Positions 17,395 to 26,700 of a stretch of 32,000 nucleotides of DNA are shown here, piece by piece. Within the stretch, counting starts at the first letter, position 1, and every line of letters begins with the position of its first letter. Source of the stretch: Gammaproteobacteria bacterium (lineage in GTDB: Bacteria; Pseudomonadota; Gammaproteobacteria; JBIOEC01); NCBI GenBank assembly GCA_965279305.1, contig OZ257143.1, positions 1,590,001 through 1,622,000 of the forward strand, read 5' to 3'. A program made the translations under genes and the position numbers. Under the pieces are notes generated by a model. It saw only the letters and a program-made list of their open reading frames with translations. It was not told the origin of the DNA and did no database searches.

Positions 17395-17639
17395 AACATC
17401 TCTCTAAATAAATAAAAGAACCGAACTAGGCAATATAGCTTCCGAGGATCACTGGCTAAAGAAAAATAATGAGTACCAGCTTCCGTCGACCCAGGATGAG
17501 ATTCAGTCAGTGTAATAGAGATATATTGCCCAGGCTTATAAGTAAAATTTTTAGGCTTTTCAAAAACAAAAGCCATAGTATCTTTTGCTACTTGTTTATG
17601 CCCAATTAATTTGGTCCGAAAATTAGTCATATTTACCAA
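17358..17639 (-). pseudogene. 5' remnant of a ferredoxin/flavodoxin-reductase-type (FNR-like, FAD-binding) oxidoreductase gene.
   Basis: The first ~65 aa (MTNFRTKLIGHKQVAKDTMAFVFEKPKNFTYKPGQYISITL....HYFSLASDP) match the N-terminal beta-barrel and the RxYS-type FAD motif of 230-250-aa FNR-family proteins. The frame then degenerates and stops inside the cbpA start region. It overlaps the porin stop and the cbpA start. Confidence 0.5.
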
Positions 17640-18631
17640 AAATCGAGTGCAACATTAATATAAGGACCTGAATAAGTATAATTTGATACTGAATCATAGA
17701 ATAAAGCTTCAGTACTAGAGGCTATAAAATATTCAAAGTCTTCATCTTCAAATGCATTCAAATAAGCAGCAAATTTATACCCCGCTTCAAGATTTAAGAC
17801 CATATCGCCTTTAAATTCATAACCGTATTTTAATCCCAAAGTAGTATCAATACCCACGGCGACTTGATCTACTTGGCTATCAAAATGGTTACTAGAAGGA
17901 TTACCTCCACCTAAGATGGTTTCTTGTTTTAACTCAGAGCTTCCGAGTAAGGCAGCTATACCTAACTCTCCCACCACCCAAAAATTATCGATAAGACCAA
18001 ACCAAGCATCCGCTCTGACTTTAGGACCAGCCCCCACAAAAGTAGTACTCGTATTAAAAGTAGTGGCAAAAGGTGAAATCACACTACTACTTAACATGGC
18101 ATTTGATTTTTGATCAATGTCAGCAAAAGCAACACCATAACTGGTTCGCACATCTAAACGGCGTGTTAATTGATGATAAATACCAAACATTAATTCAGCT
18201 GTATTTAAATTAGCATGAGAATAACGATCGGCGACAACTGGACCATTACTAATGGTATTGTGTTGGTTATGTACGTCGTTATCTGAAAATACACCAAAAT
18301 ATCGAAGCTGCACATCATATTTATGAGAATCAAATACATAACCGAGTCGACCTGCAATACCCCATTCATCTTCTGGATCAGGAGCAATTAATTCATTTAC
18401 TTGGTCTAAAAAGTTCGTAGAAGTAACATTTGTGCTACTTCCAAAGACAACACGGCCATACAGGCTAGCTAAAGCATTAGACTGATGAACATATTGACTA
18501 CCAAGCTCTAATTGCCAAATATCTTCGCCTTTACTCTCTTCGGGAAAAATTTCTGCAGAAGCAGTGCGAAAAACAAATAAAAGTAAGATAGAAATAAACA
18601 AGTATATTTTGTTTAAAGAAATCCATTTCAT
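17633..18631 (-). CDS. Legionella/Coxiella-type major outer membrane protein (MOMP/P1-like porin), paralogue 1.
   Basis: Signal peptide ...RTASA-EI. WQLELGSQYVHQSN start, beta-strand periodicity, C-terminal GPYINVALDFW. AGGTG Shine-Dalgarno. Confidence 0.65.
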   Translation of the reverse strand: MKWISLNKIYLFISILLLFVFRTASAEIFPEESKGEDIWQLELGSQYVHQSNALASLYGRVVFGSSTNVTSTNFLDQVNELIAPDPEDEWGIAGRLGYVFDSHKYDVQLRYFGVFSDNDVHNQHNTISNGPVVADRYSHANLNTAELMFGIYHQLTRRLDVRTSYGVAFADIDQKSNAMLSSSVISPFATTFNTSTTFVGAGPKVRADAWFGLIDNFWVVGELGIAALLGSSELKQETILGGGNPSSNHFDSQVDQVAVGIDTTLGLKYGYEFKGDMVLNLEAGYKFAAYLNAFEDEDFEYFIASSTEALFYDSVSNYTYSGPYINVALDFW

Positions 18632-18661
18632 AATTGCACCTATTAGGATTAATAGTTTATT

Positions 18662-19648
18662 TTAGAAAAAATCCATACTTAAACTAATATATGGGCCTGA
18701 ATTCGTATAATTTGAGTCTGTTGCATAAAAAAGAGTTTCTCCTGTTGCACCAGAGGTTTGTTGAAATTTACTTCCTTCGAAAGCATTCAGATAAGTATCA
18801 AAATCATATCCTGCTTCAATATTTAAACTGTATTCATCCCCTAATGTGGCGGCATAACGCAAACCGAGTTTTGCATCAATACCAATAGCCACCGGATCTG
18901 TACTTTTGCTATAAGTGCTAACAATCAGTACGTTCGTAGTATCTGTAAAATCAGCTTCTGTTTTGGATTCTCCAAATAAAGAGCTGACACCCACGGCTGC
19001 TACTGCAGAAAGAGAACCGATCAGATCAAATTGTCCATCCAACCTTACTTTTGGGCCAAAACCAAAAAAATGACTTTTATCATTAAAAGTGGTTAGCTCA
19101 TTATCACGCAAAAGATCAATGGCCGTAGCATTAGTCGTTTGATCGATATCAACATAGGCAACACCATAGCTTATGCGCGAGGTTAATCGTTGAGAGAGCT
19201 TATAGTAAACACCAAACATTAATTCAGCTGAATTAAAATGATAACCAGAGTCTTGTTCGAAAGGAAAAGTACCTATCCCTGCAATCGTTTGAACTCGGTT
19301 AGTATCCATATCGGAATTAACGCCAAAATATCGTAATTGAATATCATATTTGTGTGAGGCAAATACGTAGCCTAATCGCCCTCCCACGCCCCATACATCA
19401 TTAGGATCAGGCGCAATAAGATCTGCAAGCTTACCAAATGGATTGCTAGAGCCAAGAATGGAGCTAGGACCAAGGGTTACTCCTGAAATCTGCGGAAGAA
19501 CATTAGACTGATCAACATACATGGTATTTACTTCTGCTTGCCATACTGGTTTCCCTGCACTTTCAGAAGCCAGCATTCCTGCAATAACGGTAGAGCAACA
19601 AAAAGAAGAAAGAAAAAACAATAGTGCTTTTATGTTCGTCGATCTCAT
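18662..19648 (-). CDS. Legionella/Coxiella-type major outer membrane protein, paralogue 2 (start moved to the internal Met).
   Basis: Clearly paralogous to 17633-18631: shared LIAPDP.D.WG..GRLGYVF.SHKYD.QLRYFGV, NSAELMFG.Y, and C-terminal GPYISLSMDFF. I chose M46 (ATG at 19648, MRSTNIKALLFFLSSFCC...), which gives a proper signal peptide and removes the overlap with the 71-aa gene. M36 (19678) is an alternative. Confidence 0.65.
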   Translation of the reverse strand: MRSTNIKALLFFLSSFCCSTVIAGMLASESAGKPVWQAEVNTMYVDQSNVLPQISGVTLGPSSILGSSNPFGKLADLIAPDPNDVWGVGGRLGYVFASHKYDIQLRYFGVNSDMDTNRVQTIAGIGTFPFEQDSGYHFNSAELMFGVYYKLSQRLTSRISYGVAYVDIDQTTNATAIDLLRDNELTTFNDKSHFFGFGPKVRLDGQFDLIGSLSAVAAVGVSSLFGESKTEADFTDTTNVLIVSTYSKSTDPVAIGIDAKLGLRYAATLGDEYSLNIEAGYDFDTYLNAFEGSKFQQTSGATGETLFYATDSNYTNSGPYISLSMDFF

Positions 19649-19691
19649 ATCTATATCCCTACCCTCTATTTTAGCCATAGAGTTTATCCAT

Positions 19692-19907
19692 TTATGTTTT
19701 TTTATCAGATTTATCTTCTTTGTGCTTACGATGGGCACCCGAAGTCCAAGAAGGTGGATCGCTAGCAGGAAACGAATCATCAATTTCTTCGTCTATCTCA
19801 TGCTGCGTTAAAGGAGTATGTTTTGCAGGCGGCTGCTGTGCTGGAGTTTTTTTGTGATCTTTTGGAGAAGAGTGTATTGGTTTTCCATTTTCTTTCATTT
19901 TACCCAT
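19692..19907 (-). CDS. 71-aa hydrophilic K/H/P/D-rich small protein.
   Basis: Low-complexity basic ends flank an acidic core EIDEEIDDSFPASDPPSWT. I recall the DSFPASDPPS-type motif from small conserved hypothetical proteins (unverified). The alternative start at M4 (19898) has better AAGGA spacing. Confidence 0.5.
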   Translation of the reverse strand: MGKMKENGKPIHSSPKDHKKTPAQQPPAKHTPLTQHEIDEEIDDSFPASDPPSWTSGAHRKHKEDKSDKKT

Positions 19908-19937
19908 CCTTAGGTAATATTTTAAGAATTTATAACA

Positions 19938-19970
19938 GAAAAGAAGCCCATTTATAATGAGCTTCTTTTT
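19938..19970 (-). terminator. Candidate terminator hairpin downstream of slyB.
   Basis: 9-bp A/U-rich stem AAAAGAAGC / GCUUCUUUU with a 13-nt loop, followed by a U-rich tract on the minus strand. Confidence 0.35.
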
Positions 19971-19990
19971 ATCTTACTTACAAGCGTAGC

Positions 19991-20455
19991 CTATCGTGCG
20001 GTAATGCGCGAGCGACCTTTCTTACTCACTTGCAAATAAACGGCTTGTCCTACCGCTAAATCAACATCAGCTCCTTGAACTACCGTACGTAGGCTACCGT
20101 CGTTCAATTTAACTGTGTATTCATAAGCTTCTTGTGCCGATAATTTTTTACCTACGGCATTACCCGCAGCAGCACCAGCTAAAGCGCCACCGACTGTCAT
20201 AGCAGTTTTTCCGCTACCACCACCTACTTGATTACCTAAAGCACCGCCTGCAGCAGCACCGGCCAATGCACTAATCACTTGAGTAGTACCATTACCTTCT
20301 ACTTTCACAATACGTTTGCTTTGAATAACACCTTCATAAGTGGTGGTAGATTCACCTACTTGTGATGTTTCATAATGGCTTGATCCAATATTGGAAGCAC
20401 ATCCCACCAAAAGAAAAGAAGTGGCTAATAAAATAGTTGCGACTCTCATTAACAT
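19991..20455 (-). CDS. slyB: Outer-membrane lipoprotein SlyB/Pcp (glycine-zipper, 17-kDa-antigen family).
   Basis: Lipobox LLVGC-A. Glycine zipper ALAGAAAGGALGNQVGGGSGKTAMTVGGALAGAAAGNAVG and a C-terminal VKLNDGSLRTVVQ...GQAVYL, colinear with E. coli SlyB as I recall it. Start moved to M24 (GAGGA 7 nt upstream). Confidence 0.75.
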   Translation of the reverse strand: MLMRVATILLATSFLLVGCASNIGSSHYETSQVGESTTTYEGVIQSKRIVKVEGNGTTQVISALAGAAAGGALGNQVGGGSGKTAMTVGGALAGAAAGNAVGKKLSAQEAYEYTVKLNDGSLRTVVQGADVDLAVGQAVYLQVSKKGRSRITAR

Positions 20456-20612
20456 AGTACAATCCTCATTCATATTAAGTAAATCACTTACGCTCAGTAT
20501 AGGATAAGTTTTTAGTTTATCCATACCTTGCTCATGGCGTTAAATTAGCAAAAAACATTTGAAAAATATAGGGGTTTCTGTGTAAATCCATGTAAAGTTC
20601 TGTAAATAACGC

Positions 20613-21632
20613 CTAATAATGCATTGCCTCATCGGTTTTACCGCGAAAAACATAATAACTATAGGCCGTATATCCCAATATAATAGGTAGTAATATAACA
20701 ACACCTACTAGCATTAATGATAAAGATTCAGGAGCCGCCGCTCCTTGCCATAGAGTTACTTGGTAAGGCACTATCCAAGGCCATAGGCTAATCGCAAGAC
20801 CTAGATAGCTCAAGGTAAATAAACCTAATACCGCCAGAAAAGGCAGCGCTTCTCTACCCGTTTTAATCCATTTAATGAGAAAGGCGGATAATACTAAAAC
20901 ACCTAGGGGAAGCGGTGCCAACCAAAACATATTAGGCCAGCTAAACCAACGATCCATAATCCACTCATGAGTAAAAGGCACCCATAAACTGACCAAGCCC
21001 ACAAAACCTGCCACATAAATAAGCGCATACAACGCGCACTCTTGTGCCCATTTTTGAGTTTCACCAGTAGTTTTTAAAATAAGCCATGTAGCGCCCAGCA
21101 AACTATAACCACTCACTAACGCAACTCCGGTCATAATAGGAAAAGCAGAAACCCAATCTAAATGCCCACCTGAAAATATTCTGCCTTCTACTGCAATACC
21201 TTCAACCAAGCTACCTAAAATAACACCTTGCGAAAAAGTGGCGATTAAAGAACCAAAATGAAATGCAGCATCCCAATACGGCCGCGCTTTTGCTTTTGAT
21301 TTAAAACGAAACTCAAAAGCAACGCCTCTAAAAATAAGTGCAATCAACATTGTAATAATGGGAATATATAACGCCGGCATAATAATGGCATAGGCTAACG
21401 GAAAAGCCGCTAATAAACCACCGCCCCCTAATACTAACCAGGTTTCATTTCCATCCCAAAACGGTGCTACCGAATTCATTAATTTATCTCTGCAAGTATC
21501 CGTTGGAGCAAAGGGAAATAAAATTCCTACACCTAAATCAAAACCGTCTAATAACACATACAGAAATACAGCGGCCGCGATAATACCGCCCCAGACTAAG
21601 GGCAAATCTAACCAAGATGCAAAGCTAAACAT
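20613..21632 (-). CDS. cydB: Cytochrome bd-type quinol oxidase subunit II.
   Basis: 339 aa, polytopic. N-terminal LPLVWGGIIAAAVFLYVLLDGFDLGVGIL and DGNETWLV motifs. AAGGAGAA Shine-Dalgarno 9 nt after the cydA stop. Confidence 0.9.
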   Translation of the reverse strand: MFSFASWLDLPLVWGGIIAAAVFLYVLLDGFDLGVGILFPFAPTDTCRDKLMNSVAPFWDGNETWLVLGGGGLLAAFPLAYAIIMPALYIPIITMLIALIFRGVAFEFRFKSKAKARPYWDAAFHFGSLIATFSQGVILGSLVEGIAVEGRIFSGGHLDWVSAFPIMTGVALVSGYSLLGATWLILKTTGETQKWAQECALYALIYVAGFVGLVSLWVPFTHEWIMDRWFSWPNMFWLAPLPLGVLVLSAFLIKWIKTGREALPFLAVLGLFTLSYLGLAISLWPWIVPYQVTLWQGAAAPESLSLMLVGVVILLPIILGYTAYSYYVFRGKTDEAMHY

Positions 21633-21641
21633 GCATTCTCC

Positions 21642-23084
21642 TTATTTATTTTTAGATTTACGTACCGACTTGTGAATAGCCTTGGGACTAGGCTTATGAT
21701 GCCTAGGAAAAACATCCGCCAACGATACAGGATGTGCAACACCATGTTGTCCGTAAGTTTCCAACCATTCGCCTACTTCAGGCCCTTTACGAATTAAACG
21801 CAAAATATAATAAGTGGCTGCGCCAAATATTAAAAAATAAACAATAACAAATAAGGCTAATGAAAAGGCGACTTGCTCACCTGCAATAGGAGAAACGGTA
21901 TCAGCAGTTCTTAGAACACCATACACCACGTAAGGTTGGCGCCCTACTTCTGTTAACATCCAGCCGGCTAAAACCGCAATAAATCCTGCGGGTGTTAATG
22001 CCATATACCATAACTGAAACCATTTCGTAGTAAATAATTGTTTACGGAAAAAAAGTATCACAGCAAAAACACCCGTTAACAGCATTAGCGATCCAATCGC
22101 TAACATCACTCTAAAACTCCAAAAAACAAACGCCACAGGCGGTCGTTCTTCCGGTGCCCATTCTTTCAAACCTTTTACTTCACCGTCTAGACTGTGTGTC
22201 AAAATTAAACTGCTAGCATACGGAATATTCAATGCATAACGAGTTTCCTCTGTTGTTTTATCTGGCCACCCCACTATAGTCCAGGGAGCACCTTTTTGCG
22301 TATCCCAAATACCTTCCATCGCAGCTACTTTTACGGGCTGATGCTCTAAGGTATTAACACCATGTAGATCTCCTACAAAAATCTGCACCGGTGTAACAAA
22401 TACAGCCATTAATGCTGCCATGGCTAACATAATTCGAGCATGATGCACATGTTCTTTACGCCATAAATACCACGCAGCAATACCACCCACCGTAAATGCC
22501 GTGGTTAAATAAGCGGCCAGTACCATATGTACAAATCGATAAGGAAATGAAGGATTAAAAATAATCTCTATCCAATTCGTGGGAAACAAAATATTGCCTT
22601 CGCCTACCATAAAACCGGCAGGTGTATGCATCCAACTATTAGCTGATAAAATCCAAAAAGCAGAGATAACAGTGCCTACTGCCACCATGATGGTGGAGAA
22701 AAAATGCATGCGAGGAGTGACTTTATTCCAACCAAATAACATAATTCCTAAAAAAGACGCTTCTAAGAAAAAAGCAGTCATGACTTCAAAGCCCAATAGA
22801 GGACCGATTACATTACTCACTTGATCTGAAAATGTGGACCAATTAGTCCCTAATTGATAGGATAAAACTACGCCTGAGACAACACCCATTCCAAAGGTAA
22901 CAGCAAAAATTTTCACCCAAAATTGATAAATTTCTTTATAAACCGGATGTTTTGATTTTAGCCAAAGGCCTTCTACTACCATTAACCAAGAAGCTAATCC
23001 GATGGTAAAAGAAGGAAAAATAATATGAAACGCAACAGTAAATGCGAATTGAATGCGAGAGAGTAATAGCGGGTCAAATTCCAT
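21642..23084 (-). CDS. cydA: Cytochrome bd-type quinol oxidase subunit I (short Q-loop, CioA-like length).
   Basis: MEFDPLLLSRIQFAFTVAFHIIFPSFTIGLA, GWMLTEVGRQPY(V)V and the other CydA hallmarks. At 480 aa it suggests the short-Q-loop subclass. Confidence 0.9.
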   Translation of the reverse strand: MEFDPLLLSRIQFAFTVAFHIIFPSFTIGLASWLMVVEGLWLKSKHPVYKEIYQFWVKIFAVTFGMGVVSGVVLSYQLGTNWSTFSDQVSNVIGPLLGFEVMTAFFLEASFLGIMLFGWNKVTPRMHFFSTIMVAVGTVISAFWILSANSWMHTPAGFMVGEGNILFPTNWIEIIFNPSFPYRFVHMVLAAYLTTAFTVGGIAAWYLWRKEHVHHARIMLAMAALMAVFVTPVQIFVGDLHGVNTLEHQPVKVAAMEGIWDTQKGAPWTIVGWPDKTTEETRYALNIPYASSLILTHSLDGEVKGLKEWAPEERPPVAFVFWSFRVMLAIGSLMLLTGVFAVILFFRKQLFTTKWFQLWYMALTPAGFIAVLAGWMLTEVGRQPYVVYGVLRTADTVSPIAGEQVAFSLALFVIVYFLIFGAATYYILRLIRKGPEVGEWLETYGQHGVAHPVSLADVFPRHHKPSPKAIHKSVRKSKNK

Positions 23085-23126
23085 AAGCAGCTACTCCGTG
23101 TAGTGTGCATTCATTTTACTACAGAT

Positions 23127-23158
23127 AAAAAAAAGGCGCACATTTCTGTGCGCCTTTT
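23127..23158 (-). terminator. Rho-independent terminator downstream of the RRM gene.
   Basis: Minus-strand RNA: GGCGCACA-GAAA-UGUGCGCC followed by UUUUUUUU. The stem is extendable by flanking A/U pairs. Confidence 0.8.
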
Positions 23159-23181
23159 CTCGAATAAACTACCTAAGTAGC

Positions 23182-23511
23182 TTACCAGCGACCACCGCCG
23201 CCGCCATTTCCACCACGGCTGCTTCCGCCGCCGCCGCCACCAGAACGGCCGCCACGTGCGCCGCCAGCAGGTTTGTCTTTAGCCATATTAACCGTAATTT
23301 TACGGCCAAGCCATTCTTTACCATCATAAGCAAGAGCACCTTGTGCAGCTGCTTGGTTAACAAATGTAACGAAACCGAAACCGCGTGAACGGCCGGTGTC
23401 ACGATCTGTAATTACAACGCTTTCTTCGATATCACCATATTGGCGAAATTCGTCGGCAAGCATTTCATTGGTCACATTATAGGATAAACCACCTACATAT
23501 ACTTTCTTCAT
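23182..23511 (-). CDS. RRM-type glycine-rich RNA-binding protein.
   Basis: RNP-2 VYVGGLSY, RNP-1 RGFGFVTF, and a C-terminal GGRSGGGGGGSSRGGNGGGGGRW tail. Start moved to the second ATG (AAAGGAGACAAT-ATG), giving 109 aa. Confidence 0.85.
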   Translation of the reverse strand: MKKVYVGGLSYNVTNEMLADEFRQYGDIEESVVITDRDTGRSRGFGFVTFVNQAAAQGALAYDGKEWLGRKITVNMAKDKPAGGARGGRSGGGGGGSSRGGNGGGGGRW

Positions 23512-23637
23512 ATTGTCTCCTTTGGACATAGTTAACGGTCGCTCTCATTGTCGACCTGTTTTTCTACGCACCGCCACCATTAAAGGAGAGTCGATGTTGT
23601 GGTTACTCAAGGCAGGCACTGGGAACGATGCCTTTTA

Positions 23638-23648
23638 ATTATACCACA
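23638..23648 (-). promoter_or_regulatory. Extended -10 promoter TGTGGTATAAT for the RRM gene.
   Basis: TGnTATAAT consensus on the minus strand. Implies a 5' UTR of roughly 115-120 nt. Confidence 0.45.
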
Positions 23649-23718
23649 AATATTCAAATACAAGACATTTATCTAAATTTATTTTAAAAGGGGGTAAATT
23701 CTAAGATAAAAAGCTAAA

Positions 23719-26700
23719 TTACAAGAAAAGACTGAGAATTTCTTCAAACATGATGAATTCTTCGCTAGTAAACACAAAGGCTAGCAAGGAAGAAAGACGC
23801 TTATTAATGCTATGTCCTGTAGGTTTAGGAGCTTCTTTTGGCTGAAAACCTGCCGATACAGAAGCTTGATACCAAACATCCCTCTTCAACTCTTTCACAG
23901 CATCGTTAGCTCTATCGGTCGCTTCTGCTGTTTTATCCACTCTTGGGGTAACAATGGCGTCCAGAAAAGCATTGATTCGGCCTCTAGAAGGTTTGAGAGA
24001 ATCGGGCATTTTATCGCCTAGAAGGTAAACCGTGCTATCCCCTACTTGTAAGAATTCGATAGTTCTGGCACCTGTTTTAACATCTTTACGAATAAGGACA
24101 GGAATGCCATCGTATTTGTTTTTAGCTTCTACCAAATCAACAACCGGTTTCATATTGGATTCTAAAACCCTAACTGCATGAGGCACCGATAATTGGAACA
24201 CTTTTACTTCTGCTCCTGGCTGAGATTTATACTCCGCTTTTAATTCTAATAGGGTTAGATCACGTTGAGATTGTTGTTCTTTACCTATATCCACAGCAAT
24301 TTTGTCCGCCCATTTACTAATACTTGTCACCGCCTTTAATAAGGCTGGACTTGGATCTTCAGATCCTACTGCGTTTATAAGCGCAGCTTCTAAAGCTCTT
24401 AGCTCTCCTTTCAACATATCGGCATTAGCAGGTTCAACATTGTTGTTAATAGAAAGTAATCCACGAGAAGCGGCTACTAAATCTTTAAAATGTGGAATAG
24501 CGTTTGGAGGTAAAAATCTGGCCACTAAGCTAAGTGCGTATAAAGAATTGCTTAATTGGCTTCTATCTTGTGATTTTATATGCGATACAAAAGCATAAAG
24601 AGGATCATCTGCGGGTACTGAATTAACAAATTGGCTTAAAAAATTAAAAAATGGAGCACCAGCGGCATCAGGTAAAGTTCCATGTCCATAAACCTGGACA
24701 TAATTATTAATCATATCCATGACGTCGCTAGTCGTTTGTCCGCTTGCGGTTCCATCTAAAAAAGCATCAATATCAGCAACTACATAAGGTTCAATCAAAT
24801 CTTTACTTTGTAATTTTTCAAGTAGAGGTTCTGTTCTCACCCAAAGATCGGGGAGATTATAAACAACCGCTTCAAAAAGATGGCGCATAGTCAATGTTAT
24901 ATTGTTACGATTTTCTCCCAAAAACAATAAAACAGACATTAATTGCTTAGCACCACCTGCTCGGGCATTCGCCAACAATTCAGAAAATCCTTTTACATTA
25001 ACATTTTGCTCTGAAGCTCCTTTCATTAAATTATTCAAAGCTACAAAAAAGCGAGAAGCAGGATCTATTGTTTTATCAAGAAATGGTTCTATTTCTGTTA
25101 GTGCGTGGCTATAAGTATTTCTATCTCTTTCAAATAAAGATTGTGCAGCTTTTAAAGCATTAAGCAATCCTAAAACTTCTCTTAATTGAGTTGCTGTAGA
25201 TGAATCTGCATTATCGAAATAACGATTACCTTTTGCGCGAATATTTTCGGTTAAATAAGTAACCAGCTCATCAGCAGTTTCCATACTTCCAATTCTATCA
25301 ACCACTCTGTCTCCGGCTTCATCTAAAAAATCAACCGAAGTAGGTTGCGATAAACTGTACACTTGTCTAACCGCAGAAAGTATTTCTCCCCACACAAATG
25401 CATTTGCATCAAATACTACGTCATCACCATAAGTCGTGATCTCTACACCCGAAAAAAGCGCTTCTTGTTTAGTCAGTACCGGAAAAGCAGAAGAACGAGA
25501 AGTAGTTGAAGTTTGTTTTGCTTCATTTGAAAGCATTTGTATGCTTAATACGGGACGTTGTTCTGGTGAACGAACTAAAGAACTCGTGTAATTTAATCTA
25601 GGGAAAGTAACAGAAACTGTTTCACCTATATTCAAAATAATCGCATCACTATCTTGTGCAGCCAATGTAACGGGTCTGTCTGCCACGATGGCACGAGGGC
25701 GTATTTGTGATGCATATCCTTGACCAAAAACCACTTCAGCGGTTTTAGCGACTGCCAGTCCTGTAAATTCCCTCATGTTTTCAAGAAAACGAGGTGCAAT
25801 CTCCGAATAATTCGCAGCCAATGCTTTATAGTTTAAAGAAAGGATATCATCATTTACTTGCCAAATAACAGAGCCTGCTACTTCCCGAGGAATGTCATTT
25901 AAGAACCGTGCAGCTTCTATTATATTTTTTTGACCTGTAACTACTATTCGATAATCACCTCTAGGAGCTTCAACCGCTACTAGTTTTGTTAATTCGGTTG
26001 CTTGTTCTCCTGTTGCACCAAGAGTTCGATCAGTGGCAGCGGTTTCTAATTGTTTTTGTGCTGCTTGGCCTGCCAAGCCCAAACCAAATGCTAAAGCAAC
26101 AATAGAGGATTGTGCAGGATTTAAATGCACAGGTGTTCCAAGATAATCAGGACGCAGTAAATCTAAATTATTAAATGCTGCTTTTGCTTCAACAGATAGA
26201 GGCGATGTAGAGCGAGTAAAATAAGGAGCAATCTCTGAAATAGGTTGAGTAGGGTTTTCCCATAAAGTATCTTTTAATATTCCCGATCTTTCAAAAGCAT
26301 TTATTGTTTCTGTAAACGCTCTTGCCAAGGTAACAGACAGTGCGGGATTGGTTTGAGCCGTTCTAATCAAAATAGAATTCAAGCCTTCAATCATAGAAGG
26401 TAAATCATTAGCAATCACTTTATCTGAAGGGTATATAAGAGCCGCTTGGATATTTCCGGTAAACTCAGCAATCTCAGTGGCTAACGCCCAACTATCTGAA
26501 TCCATGGATTGTGCTTTGGTAATACCGAGGGAAGTCAATTGCGCGGATAAAAGCTGTTCTATTTCCCAAAAAAGCACGGGGAAACTATTCGCCACCGCGT
26601 TAAATTTTGCAGGCTCGAAACCCTCTGCAGCATTTACCTCCATTGAATCAAAGGTAATAGCTTCTCCATTCCAAGCAAGAATATCAGGTAGATGTTGCGT

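Noticed and set aside
7163-18387. Short antisense or alternate-frame ORFs nested in annotated genes (7163-7384, 8871-9059, 9498-9701, 9577-9918, 11743-11940, 13101-13292, 15458-15709, 17916-18113, 18205-18387). The same applies to 18691-18888, 19521-19811, 22579-22824, 27748-27939, 28033-28215, 30864-31049 and 31529-31759.
   Set aside because: Each is nested within, or antisense to, a gene with clear family motifs. None has a convincing ribosome-binding site or a recognisable motif.
19649-19783. N-terminal extensions of track ORFs: porin 2 to 19783, slyB to 20524, RRM gene to 23529.
   Set aside because: In each case an internal ATG has a better-placed Shine-Dalgarno and yields a proper signal peptide, lipobox or RNP-2 start. 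The porin extension would also overlap the 71-aa gene.
20525-20612. Search for a cydX-like small ORF downstream of cydB.
   Set aside because: No short hydrophobic ORF with a start signal is visible in the 88-nt gap before slyB.
23169-23402. 77-aa ORF overlapping the RRM gene on the same strand.
   Set aside because: It is an alternative frame through the GGN-rich tail region (read as Ala/Val runs). The RRM frame has clear RNP-1 and RNP-2 motifs and a strong Shine-Dalgarno.
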